Assembly: GCF_018350175.1 (NCBI RefSeq)
Contig: NC_058368.1
Span: 92,878,001 to 92,942,000 of the forward strand
Reading direction: 5' to 3'
Source: Felis catus
Lineage: Eukaryota
Length of the DNA: 64,000 nucleotides
The notes under the pieces were generated by a model, which did no database searches, was not told the DNA's origin, and saw only the letters and a program-made list of their open reading frames with translations. Each line of letters opens with the position of its first letter. The first letter of the stretch is position 1. The translations under genes were made by a program, and so were the position numbers. Shown here piece after piece: positions 1 through 10,684 of this stretch.

Positions 1-554
1 CGTCTTTACCTTTAGGTCTGTGTCCCCTCTTCGGTTGGTACAGCATGCTGCGTGTGTGGTTCACTGTCTCCAACAACAGATTCAATTTTGACTTTGTTGA
101 CAACAAGGAGGGGTTCAAAGCTTGCATCAGAGGCAATTAGATCATTTCCGGGAAGGGACCCCTGCTGTGAGAGAGTGTGCTCTTCTGGGGATGGGGCGGG
201 GGGGGGGGGGTGATTCTGATGAGTCAAAGCAAGTAAGAGCTGAATGGACAGAAGCCTGTGCCTGGTGTGGGCGTCCAGCTAGGGAACCCAAGATACAATG
301 ACAAACCTAGTGATGCAGGAAATGACTGACATTAGGGTGCATGGCTTAGTGGCCTGATTAAAAAACCACTGGAGAGACTTTGAGAAGGAAGAGAGGGAAA
401 GTTGTATGGTGTGAAGAATAAAGACTAGAAAGGAGGTGCTTATTAAAATATGGAGAGAAATATCTTTAGGACCTTAAAAACTGACTTCTGTGGAGGAAAT
501 GATAAATTTGTTTTCTGACCTTTATTTGTTTATTATTTATTTATTTTCACTAAA

Positions 555-869
555 AAATTTTTTTAGTGTTTATTTTTGAGAGTGAGAGAGAGAGAGGGAG
601 ATGGAGAGAGAGACGGAGCGTAAGTGGGGTAAGGGCAGAGAGAGAGGGGGAGACACAAGAATCTGAAGCAGGCTCCAGGCTCTAAGCTGTTAACACCGAG
701 CCTGACGTGGGGCTGGAACTCACGAACTGTAAGATCATAGGGCAAGAGAGAATCCCAAGTGTTGAAAATGCAGAGCCCCATGTGGGCTTGATCCCATGAC
801 TGTGAGACCATGATCTGAGCTGAAACCAAGAGTCGGACGCTGAACCCACTGAGCCACCCAGGCGTCCCC
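555..869 (-). mobile_element. Chimeric CanSINE (3' part of one SINE, 555-739, fused to 5' part of another, 740-869)
   Basis: T-rich tail, (GA)n and ...GAACTCACGAACTGTAAGATCA, then restart at GAGAGAATCCCAAG and end ...GAGCCACCCAGGCGTCCC. Confidence 0.85.
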
Positions 870-1884
870 AAAGATGGTCTTTTGCAGTGTTAGTGAAGTA
901 ACTCTCCAGTGGTTTTCTGGTGGGACTTTGCTCTTCCCAGTCATTTATTTTACCAGTTTTCTTGAAGAAACCTGCTGAGAGCTTTATTTGATGCCACAGG
1001 TGTTAAAGCCTTTGAGTCATCAGCTGCAAACACCAAACAAACCAGAGCCATGGGAGATATGAGAAAGATAATTAGAAATCTCAACTTTTTGAAGCAGTAG
1101 ACTGAAATAATTTTATGGTTGAATTCTAACTAAACATTTTTAAAATGTAATTCCTGTTTTCCTTAAATAATCTACGGGATATTAAAAAAAAAAAAAAGGA
1201 AGCTTCTTGATTTTAAGAGATCAGCAAAACTTTAATGCCAAAACTTAAGGGAAATAATACCTCCCCCAAGAAAACTCAAGATCATTTTCACTTATGAATA
1301 TTGATGTGAAAATTTAAATAAAATGTTAGCTTATCCAATCCAGCCAGGTTTAATAGAATATTAGAATAAAAATCTCTGAGTAAGTGAAATTTAATTCAGG
1401 AATGCAAGCATAGTTCAACATTAGTAAGACAAATACACTATATTAAAAAATGTTTAATTACAATTATGTAATTGCATCATAATGTACCACTGATAAATGT
1501 TATATTTATATATTATATAACATTAGAGGTACTAATATGATTCATCAGTCATTTCTCATAAAAACTTATAGAAAGGAAGGCAATTACTTAACATGGTGAA
1601 ATTATTTATGTAAATACATACTCTTATTATTGTATTTAAAAAAACATTTTCAATAAAATTATGACTAATACAGAGATATATACTTATCACTGCTGTTATT
1701 CAGTACTGCTTTGACAATTGTGTTTAATCAGGCAAAATATATTTTTAGGCAAAACATTTTTTAAATCCTTGAAAAACCTATAGTGAAAAGAATTTAAAAA
1801 TTGCATTTACTGATAATGTAATTATACTTAAGATCTCAAGAGGTTTATTGAGAACACTTAGATATTTGGAGGATTGGTAAAACA

Positions 1885-1886
<2 letters not shown>

Positions 1887-1926
<40 letters not shown>

Positions 1927-1987
1927 AACACCATACATATATGTATGTATATATATATATATATATACATACATATATGTATGGTGT

Positions 1988-2018
<31 letters not shown>

Positions 2019-2162
2019 GGTTGTTTTACATATATAAGGTGTTTTATATATATATGTATATATATGTATATATGTATATATATATATGTAAAACACCTTA
2101 TATATGTAAAACAAACACCATATATATATATACATATATATATATAACACCATATATATATG
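1887..2162. repeat. Complex (TA)n/(TATG)n repeat with internal palindromes
   Basis: Directly visible; source of the Y/I-rich spurious ORFs. Confidence 0.97.
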
Positions 2163-2534
2163 TAAATAAAAATTAAAGGCTTTTGTGCAAACTAGTATCT
2201 AGTTAGTACAGATTATTTTTGGGAGAGAATAATTTGTGTATGTGTCTGTATGTATCCTGATCCAAAGAAAAACAAAAAGCATAAAACACATAGAAAAAAA
2301 CCCTTAATTATATACAGTATGAAATATTTTCAAAGTACTTAATAAGACCCAAACAAATTGTAAATGTCTAGATAAAAATATCTAATGTCACAAAATAGCA
2401 GCCATTACTATTACATTACATAGTACATAAATCAACATACTTCCACTCAGCATTTCAATGGATTTATTTTTAAATAGGTAAAAATTATATTAAACATTCT
2501 CACAGTAGGATAAATGCTTAAGAGTACGAAAACA

Positions 2535-2726
2535 TTTTTTTTAAGTTTATTTTGAGAGAGAGCAAGTGAGTGGGAAGGGGCAGAGAGAGGGAGAGAGAGT
2601 CCCAAGCAGGTTCATCACTGTCAACGCAGAACCTCATGTGGGGCTCAGTTTCAAGAGCCAGGAGATCATGACCTGAGCTGAAACCTAGAGTCAGATGCTT
2701 AACTGACTGAGCCACCCAGGTGCCCC
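2535..2726 (-). mobile_element. CanSINE
   Basis: T tail, (GA)n, ends ...GAGCCACCCAGGTGCCCC. Confidence 0.93.
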
Positions 2727-3115
2727 AAAGGATACAAAAAAATCTTAAATAAAAATAGCAAAAATAGTCATGACTTAACAGAAGTTAAAATGTACACAGA
2801 GCTGCTGCAATAAAAACAGTGTTCTGTTTCCACAAGAATATAAATAAGTGGCTGGGTGGAACCTAAGATATTCCCAAATGCATTCGAGTATACATGGGAA
2901 GTTAGTGTACAATAAGGATAAACTTTTCATTCAATGGGTAAAGGATGATTTATTTAATATTCTTGTCCTGTGGAAGAAAAATGCTAAGGCTCTTCCACAG
3001 GAACAAAAATGTAATCTGTTTTGAATGTTCAAATGTAAAAAATATTAGAAGAAAATTTATGACAGTATTTATATCAGCTGAGAGTGTGAAGACCATCAAA
3101 ATGAGACATGACACA

Positions 3116-3350
3116 GGGCGCCTGGGTGGCTCAGTCGGTTAAGTGTCTGACTTCGGCTCAGGCCATGATCTCACGGTCCGTGGGTTCGAGCCCTGCATAA
3201 GGCTCTGTGCTAACTGCTCAGAGCATTAAGCCTGCTTCATATTCTGTGTCTTCCCCCCCCCCCCACTCTCTTTCTCTCTCTGTCCCTCCCCGACTCATGC
3301 TCTCTCTCTGTTTCTCAAAAATAAATAAATAAGCGTTAGAAATTTTTTAA
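3116..3350 (+). mobile_element. CanSINE (feliform type)
   Basis: GGGCGCCTGGGTGGCTCAGTCGGTTAAG head, B-box GGTTCGAGCCC, (CT)n, AATAAA; flanking AAAATGAGACA duplication. Confidence 0.95.
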
Positions 3351-3414
3351 AAAATGAGACAGGATACCCAGAAAACTTAAATATATACATATTGCACTAT
3401 CAATTTTTTTAACC

Positions 3415-3750
3415 TGTGTGTAGGTATTTAAAACCATGAAGTATCTGAAACTTTACCAACTTGCAAGCTAACGTGCTAGCCTGTCACCATTTTACGGATG
3501 CTCACAGAAGATATGTTTCCTGCTTCAGAGACAAAGGACTTCATTACCCAAAGGAACAGCAGTAGCCAGAATATTGACATTTTCTTTTACCTACTTCCAG
3601 AGCCCTAATTCCCATTTAGGAAAGTGGAGAATGTCAGGAAACATCTATAAGCACTGTGGGGTACAGGAGAGGTACCCTGAACTTAGAGACCCTGAGTTCT
3701 TTATAACGGACAATGAGCATGTGTACCTTTTGCTCCAGTGTGGAGTACTA
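3415..3750. mobile_element. Probable old ERV LTR fragment (family not assigned)
   Basis: CTTGCAAGCTAAC..TAGCCTG..CAGAAGA..CAGAGACAAAGGACTT..ATTAC resembles recalled eutherian LTR consensus text; interrupts the L1. Confidence 0.45.
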
Positions 3751-3757
3751 TCTATAC

Positions 3758-3766
3758 TATATATAT

Positions 3767-3805
<39 letters not shown>

Positions 3806-3982
3806 CACACATATATATGTATACACATATATATATACACACACACAAAGAATATATAATGCATATTAAATATGTATATGTATATAAATATGTATATGTA
3901 TATAAATATGTATATATTTAATATGCATTATATATTCTTAATATATATATTATAATAATATGTATATATATATATATATAAA
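3758..3982. repeat. (TA)n/(CA)n complex repeat with 26-bp inverted repeat
   Basis: Directly visible. Confidence 0.95.
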
Positions 3983-4282
3983 TTTAATATGCATAGTTTT
4001 GACCCAGAAATTCCATTTTGGTAATTATATGTGACAGATGGAAATTCAGTTCTATGTAAATATCTGTTCACAAGGATATTTACATAAGCGTTGTTCACAG
4101 TGACAGGAATTGAAATACAACCTGAAAGTCCATCAAAAGAAGAATGGTTACATTAATTTAATTATTTCTCTATTCAGTCCTTAGACCAATGTTAGCTCTA
4201 TTTCTATTGAACTGGAGTGAAATCTGTGTTATAGTAAGTGGAAGAAAGGCACTTCAGAGTAACTGTTAGAAAGAGAAAGACA

Positions 4283-4426
4283 GGGGTGCCTGGGTGGCTC
4301 AGTCAGTTAAGTGTCCAACTCCTGATTTCGGCTTAGGTCATGATCTCACAGTTGGTGAGTTCGAACCTGGAGATGGGATCTGTGCTAACAGTGTGGAGCC
4401 TGCTTGGGATTTTCTGTCTCCCTCTC
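4283..4426 (+). mobile_element. 3'-truncated CanSINE
   Basis: Intact head; stops in the CT tract with no AATAAA/A tail. Confidence 0.9.
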
Positions 4427-4580
4427 AGGGGTAGTTAAAAGTGACTATACCATTTTCCTTTTCGAGCAGGTGGCAAACAGAGTCCAGACCAGATAGGACC
4501 ATCAGTGGAATTTTTGGACATAATAGCTAGAAAGACCTATTGCTTGTTTCTTTAAAACGAGAGAGAGAGAGGGGGTGGGG

Positions 4581-4778
4581 GGGGCACGCCTGGGTGGCTC
4601 AGTCGGCTAAGTGCCCAACTTCAGCTCAGGTCATGATCTTACGATTCGTGGGTTCGAGCCCCACATCGGGCTCTGTGCTGACAGCTCAGAGCCTGGAGCC
4701 TGTTTCAGATTCTGTGTCTCCCTTGCTCTCTGCCCCTCCCCCACTCACACTCTCTCAAAAATGAATAAACGTTAAAAA
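4581..4778 (+). mobile_element. CanSINE (feliform type)
   Basis: Head, GACAGCTCAGAGCCTGGAGCC, tail. Confidence 0.93.
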
Positions 4779-4793
4779 GCATTTAAAAGAATT

Positions 4794-5013
4794 GGGGCGC
4801 CTGGGTGGCGCAGTCGGTTAAGCGTCCGACTTCAGCCAGGTCACGCTCTCGCGGTCCGTGAGTTCGAGCCCCGCGTCGGGCTCTGGGCTGATGGCTCAGA
4901 GCCTGGAGCCTGTTTCTGATTCTGTGTCTCCCTCTCTCTCTGCCCCTCGCCCGTTCATGCTCTGTCTCTCTCTGTCCCAAAAATAAATAAACGTTGAAAA
5001 AAAAATTAAAAAA
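4794..5013 (+). mobile_element. Young SINEC_Fc-type SINE inserted in the tail of the previous SINE
   Basis: GGGGCGCCTGGGTGGCGCAGTCGGTTAAGCGTCCGACTTCAGCCAGGTCA, CpGs retained; duplication AAAAAGCATTTAAAA at 4774-4788 and 5014-5028. Confidence 0.95.
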
Positions 5014-5294
5014 AAAAAGCATTTAAAAAAATAAAACAAGAGAGAGGGAGAGAGAGAGAGAGAGGGAGAGAGAAAGAAAAGGAAGTATGTGGACTTCCTC
5101 AGACACTAGTCCAGACATGTCTCCTTGCTAAAGTTTGAGATGGCAGCACAGCTTCCTGGTGTTGTATTTATGTTTTCCACGAACTGTTCTGCCTGAAGCT
5201 GTACGTAGGTTAATATAGCAGGTTGTGGGTCTCTAAAGTCATAAATTCCAATTCATTTTCTTATTGGGTTGGCGTCTTTAAAATGGTGGCTTCA

Positions 5295-5495
5295 GGGCGC
5301 CTGGGTGGTGCAGTCGGTTAAGCGTCCGACTTCAGCCAGGTCACAATCTCGCGGTCCGGGAGTTCGAGCCCCGCGTCAGGCTCTGGGCTGATGGCTCGGA
5401 GCCTGGAGCCTGTTTCCGATTCTGTGTCTCCCTCTCTCTCTGCCCCTCCCCCGTTCATGCTCTGTCTCTCTCTGTCCCAAAAATAAATAAACGTT
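5295..5495 (+). mobile_element. Young SINEC_Fc-type SINE
   Basis: Near-consensus, CpG-rich; perfect TSD AAAATGGTGGCTTCA at 5280-5294 and 5496-5510. Confidence 0.96.
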
Positions 5496-5989
5496 AAAAT
5501 GGTGGCTTCATTTTGGAGCTCCTGTAACTGCTGGGTTATTCTGTAACTCAATAATAACTCGGAAAATGAAACCCTTAAATAAAATAAAGCAAAAAAAAAA
5601 AAAAGATAATTGCTGTCAAATTACTCGGCATAAAAGCCAAAAAATAATGAGTCTACAATGTATATGCTGTTTAAAAAGAATTGTCAATTAATGGGCTCAG
5701 CCAGTTGCAAACAAATTCATCAGACAAAAGCAGGTGCTGATAAAATATTTAAGCCCTTAAAATAATAAAGGAAGATTAAGGTGTCAAAGTTGATGAAAAT
5801 AAACATTCTGGGGTAAAACCAGGATAGTTTTCTTCCTTAATCAAAAACGCTGGTCCTGCTGTCACTGTCATGGTGTTTGATATGCAGGTGAAGGAGGGGG
5901 AGAGGAGTTTGGGTGTCTGGTCAGACTTATAATGGCCTGAATGGTAGCAGGATTATTGATGGATGTGCTCTCTCTCTAGGCAAGTAATA

Positions 5990-6170
5990 AAACACTTTGC
6001 AATTGTGTAGCATTTTATACTTCAGCCAAAGCCTTTCACATATATTATTACACTTAATCTTCTCGAGACTGTTGTTACTAACAAGAGGTTCCGAGAGTAA
6101 GATGAATTGCCCAAGTTTACATGGAAACCGTATCAAAAGTATATTTGCTAATTTTCCCGCATGGCCTAGG
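5990..6170 (-). mobile_element. MIR fragment
   Basis: GCCTTTCACATATATTATT..CTTAATCTTC..TTGCCCAAG, the reverse MIR core. Confidence 0.5.
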
Positions 6171-6858
6171 TTCACCCACAGGATACCTGTGTTTTTGTTT
6201 AAAGCAGCTCTGACGAGTTGTTTTTCTTCCAGAACGATTTATCCGCTGGCAAAATAACAATATAAGCAATTTTCTTGACAAATTTCAGTATTCTTTCTCA
6301 AAAAAAGTGAGGGACCCCAAAAACCCATAGAGCTGCCTGAGATGATCCAGTTCCAAGTCATTCAGTTTATACATGAGGAAAGCAAGGTCCAGGATAGCTA
6401 ACCAACTCTGCCAAGGTGCATTTAGCATGTTGGAGAAGAGTCTAGAATGAATTGACATACTGTACACACCCAGGCAGGAAATGATCTTTCCGTTCTCCTG
6501 GACTGCCGCTCATCACCTTGTCACCCCATTTGCCCATGCCATCTCTGCTAAAACTCCCAGGGAATTCACTCTTGAAGGTCGGTTCGATTGACTTGGTGTG
6601 GCCTCCAATCCCTCAGGGATATTAAAACCTACAAACAGATTTGGTAGGCTAGAAATGATTTCTTACGGCATCAGGGTGATCTTTAGGCTTTAATACAACA
6701 TCATGGTTTTGATTTTTGGTTTTCTCCAATTTGTTGGTTGAATTGCCCCTCATTTTAATTCGTACCTTCATGAGTGTGAAGCCGTCTCTCTAATTCTGTC
6801 TGTAAAGCTGTCTCCACGCTTCTTCCAAAAGTAGCTCTCTCCGTAAAACTGCCTTACT

Positions 6859-7048
6859 GGGGTGTCCAGGTGGCTTAGTCAGTGGAATGTCTGACTTTGG
6901 CTCAGGTCATGATCTCACAGTTCGTGGGTTCAAGCCCCGCATTAGGCTTGCTGCTGTCAGCACAGAGCCCACTTCAGATCCTCTGTTTCCTTCTCTCTGC
7001 CCCTCCCCCACCATGCTTGCTCTCTCAAAAATAAACAAACAGTAAAAA
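6859..7048 (+). mobile_element. CanSINE
   Basis: Head, tail, TSD-like AACTGCCTT on both sides. Confidence 0.92.
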
Positions 7049-8122
7049 CAACTGCCTTGCTAAGTACTCAAGTATTTCTTGGAGCACAAATGTATCCCAT
7101 ATTAAAAAGACCAGGCTATACAGTCATTTTGTTTGTTTATACCCATAAAAATACCTAACAAACGTAATTTGAGGTGATTATATATCCCGTTTGGTAAAAT
7201 GATTTTGTGATTCCATTAGGCATTGAGGGCAGTCTAAACTTTTAGGTAGAGATAAATGGTGTTTTTGAAATTTAGGAAAGAAACATAATGTCAAGGACAT
7301 TTTTCATGTCCGAATTTCTGCCTATTATAATGATGTATTTTGGCCTCTGAACTGAATTGTTTCCAGAGTAGAATAAATCATTGAGAACCCAGAAAGGCTA
7401 GGCAACAATCAATAATTATGCCAAGTGAAGTCAACATGATCATCATGTAAAACTAAAAAAATCTAATATTTTGTATCCTCCTGAGTTTGTACATTATTTT
7501 AAGGCTGATTAAACAGAAAAACATTTGTGATCGTCATAATCCCACGGAGATTTCCAAAGCCAATTGGTTTTTAACTTTCAAATGAATTACTTTAACTCCA
7601 TTTAGAAGCCTCAATAAGTAATGCTTTTTGTTATCTGACATAATAGTAATTTCTAAAACCTATGTCAATGAATTACTGGAATGTTCCCAATCGATAAAGA
7701 ATAAAATGAACACTTTTGTTGGAATAGACTTTCTCTGATTTGCGAAATCATTCCAAGGGCCATAGTCGAGCAAAATGTATGTTACCTGGAAATGGTTAAG
7801 ACACTATCATTGGCTAATGAGTAGGATCAATGATTGATGGGAACCAAATGAATGAGGAAGTATCTTTGCTGACCTGGCCTGTCATGGACAACTTCCTACA
7901 CCTGTTTGCTTCCCCCTGCTGTTACTTGAAGAATGAATCTGTCACCCTCTGCCAATAAGCAACCCCCCAAAATCCACTTAGATTAAAAGGGCACTATAAC
8001 ATTGGATTATTTAGATTTTGAACTCTGGCTGTACTATTGGCAGGCACCAAAAAGCTAGCAAAGTGCTGGAAATGTCGGCCAAAGTGAATAACTTCTGCCC
8101 TCTTGAGTAACTTCTGAAGCCA

Positions 8123-8563
8123 TTTTTATTTTTATTTTTTAAGTTTATTTATTTATTTTGAGAAAGAGAGAGCGAGCGAGCACGAGTGGGGGAGGAGCAG
8201 GGGGCGAGAATCATAAGCAGGCTGCGTGCTGTCAGTGCAGAGCCCTACGCAGGACTGGATCTTGCGAACTCGTGAGATCATAACCTGAGCTAAAATCAAG
8301 AGTCGAACACTTAACTGACCGAGCCACCCAGGCCCCCCGAAGACATTTTTTTAAAAATTTTTTTAAATGTTTTTATTTATTTTTGAGACAGAGGGAGACC
8401 GAGCATGAGCAGGGAAGGGGCAGAGAGAGAGGGAGACACAGAATCTGAAACAGGCTCCAGGCTGTCAGCACAGAGCCTGATGTGGGGCTCGAACTCATGA
8501 ATCGCGAGATCATGACCTGAGCCAAAGTCAGACGCTTAACCGACTGAGCCACCCAGGCGCCCC
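8123..8563 (-). mobile_element. Two tandem CanSINEs (8123-8338, 8347-8563)
   Basis: Two complete reverse SINEs; GAAG(C/A)CATTTTT present before, between and after. Confidence 0.95.
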
Positions 8564-8919
8564 TGAAGACATTTTTAATGAGAGGACCAGGAGTGAAGAC
8601 AGATTTAGGGTCCACTTTCTAGTTAAAGTTGTCTATCCAGTAGTTAGATCAGCTGCAAAAAATCGTTAAATCAATCACCTAATGTTTTTAGTAGCCTGAA
8701 GTTGCTAAAGACATGCCTGCACAATCCCTTCTCTGATGGAGTTTAGTGGACATTCTTGAGTCCTTATGTAAGGGTAGATTTGGTTCCCGCTTTGCTCCAG
8801 CAGGAGCGTCTGGTGTGATGTCTGCAGCTGTGAGGCATGTAAGGAAAAGACAAGGAGTCGGTGGGCGTGGCCGAGGTGTAGAACATCTTCGCTTATTTGT
8901 GAGCTGTGTTCACTCCAAA

Positions 8920-9117
8920 TTTTTTTTTTAAATCTTTTTAACGTTTGTTTATTTTGGGAGAGACCATGCAAGTGAGACAGGGGTAGAGAGAGAAAATCCC
9001 AAGCAGGCTCCATGCTGTCATTGTGGAGCCCCATGCAGAGCTCGAACCCACGAACTGTGAGATCATGACCGGAGCTGAAGTTGGATGCTTAACCGACTGA
9101 GCCACCCCAGGGGCCCC
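8920..9117 (-). mobile_element. CanSINE
   Basis: TSD-like TGTTCA(C/G)TCCAA. Confidence 0.93.
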
Positions 9118-9304
9118 TGTTCAGTCCAATTTTCTTAAGAAACTGGTCATGTACAATTAATGAGAATATTATGTCTTGGGTTTAGAAAAGACAAAAGAGA
9201 AGCCAAAGAAAGAAAAGAAATGAGAGGACCAGGTATAGTGTTTGTCATGTAGATCTCCCCTAGTCTAAGACAAAAGAGGCTGTCAACTAAAACAGCAAAC
9301 TGTG

Positions 9305-10081
9305 TAGGTGGTATGCACTTTGCACAGTAGAGTAGGACCATAATAATAATGAGCGTACAGGCCAAAAATGTACATAGAGATCTTAATAATTGATGGGAAA
9401 AATTAAGATGGTCCCACGATCGTTCAAAATTTTGGTCAAAACATCAAAAACTCTCTTACTGTTGAATAGAAATCCTTAGAGAAATTAAAAAATAGCACAA
9501 CTTGGGGCGCCTGAGTGGCTCACTTGGTTGAGCGTCTGACTCTTGATTGCAGCTCAGGTCATGATCCCAGGGTCTTGGGATCAAGCCCTGCATCCGGCTC
9601 TGTGCTGACAGCTCAGAGCCTGGAGCCTGCTTCAGATTCTGTGTCTCCCTTCTCTGTCTGCCCCTCCCCTGCTCATGCTCATGCTCTGTCTCTGTCTCTC
9701 TCTCTCTGTGTCCAGTGTTATAATATTTTTTGTTTCTTTGCTGCAGTTTCATCTTGGTCGATAGTCCCCTCTGTCCATTACCATTTTTGTAAAATGTCAC
9801 ATGGGTTTTTCCTGAGGGAAAACTACCTGCTTTGCTGTCTGTGTGTGAACTGAATACCACATGAACAGTGACCAACCAATGATGGGCTTTGGGCCAAGTG
9901 TCTCTGTGATCGGTAGAGGTAGCAGCAAAATGTTCAAGGGCACATTGTATACTTTCTTATGGTTTATACACTGTGGTAGCTGAAATTTTAACTGTGTGGT
10001 CGAGGGGGCTGGTGGTTTTTAACCAAACCATGGCAACGGAAATCCATGTGTATCTGAACCATGCCAAACTCAGACTGCTTG
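9305..10081 (-). mobile_element. Tigger-like (TcMar) DNA transposon fossil, interrupted by a SINE
   Basis: Degenerate inverted ends (..CACTTTGCACAGTAG / CCATGCCAAACTCAGACTG); minus strand 9711-9753 reads DETAAKKQK/IITL across a frameshift, like the KRKxITLE N-terminus of Tigger/CENP-B transposases. Confidence 0.65.
9504..9708 (+). mobile_element. CanSINE lacking its A tail
   Basis: Full head and CT tract, then joins directly to Tigger-like sequence. Confidence 0.92.
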
Positions 10082-10426
10082 CGTTATACTCTAATGTTTA
10101 TAACATACTGGGATTAAGAATGACCCAGTGCAGCAAAGGATAATATTCGTAGCAGAGAGCACATCAGGACACTCTGGAGCCCCTTAGGGAAATGACTTTT
10201 TGAGTAGCAGACAGACCTGCCCACATCTGTCCTGCAGAAAAAGCTGGAGAGGACATCATTTCCATCATGGGGTGTCTGTTGGTACATGTCCCCAAGGGAA
10301 GTTAGAGAGGATGTGCAGAAGGTAGCAGTCTGGAGTCAGCTGGGAGAGTAGATGATTCCTGGGAATATCCTCGAATGATATGTGTGTGGAGGTCTCTTGT
10401 GAAGGTGAATCTAAAGGCAAGATCCT

Positions 10427-10684
10427 GGGGCTCCTGGGTGGCTCAGTTGGTTAAGCGTCCGACTTATGCTCAGGTCATGATCTCACAGTTGGTGAGTTTG
10501 ACCCCTGCATGGGGCTCTGTGTTGACAGTGTGGAGCCTACTTGGGATTCTCTCTGTCTACCTCTCTCTCTGTCCCTCCCCCACTCATGCTTTCTCTCTTT
10601 CTCTCTCTCTCTCTCTGTCTCAAACTGAACATTAAAAATAATACTTTTAAAGTAAAGAAAAATTAAAATAAGTAAATAAAAATA
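10427..10684 (+). mobile_element. CanSINE
   Basis: TSD-like GCAAGATCCT on both sides. Confidence 0.94.

Larger units (their letters stand above)
1270..4265 (+). mobile_element. Old L1 (L1M-type) ORF2/3' fragments, interrupted by SINEs, TA repeats and a probable LTR piece
   Basis: 1288-1314 translates SLMNIDVKI (L1 ORF2 ISLMNIDAKI motif); degenerate GMQ..FNI motif follows; 3' part has TTTGACCCAGAAATTCCA and CAACCTGAAAGTCCATCAA, typical of L1M 3' ends. Confidence 0.8.

Noticed and set aside
3116..3195. tRNA-like A/B boxes at SINE heads as tRNA genes
   Set aside because: They continue into SINE body, CT tract and A tail with TSDs, so they are tRNA-Lys-derived SINEs.
1845..3921. Tyr/Ile-rich ORFs
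   Set aside because: Translations of (TA)n microsatellites.
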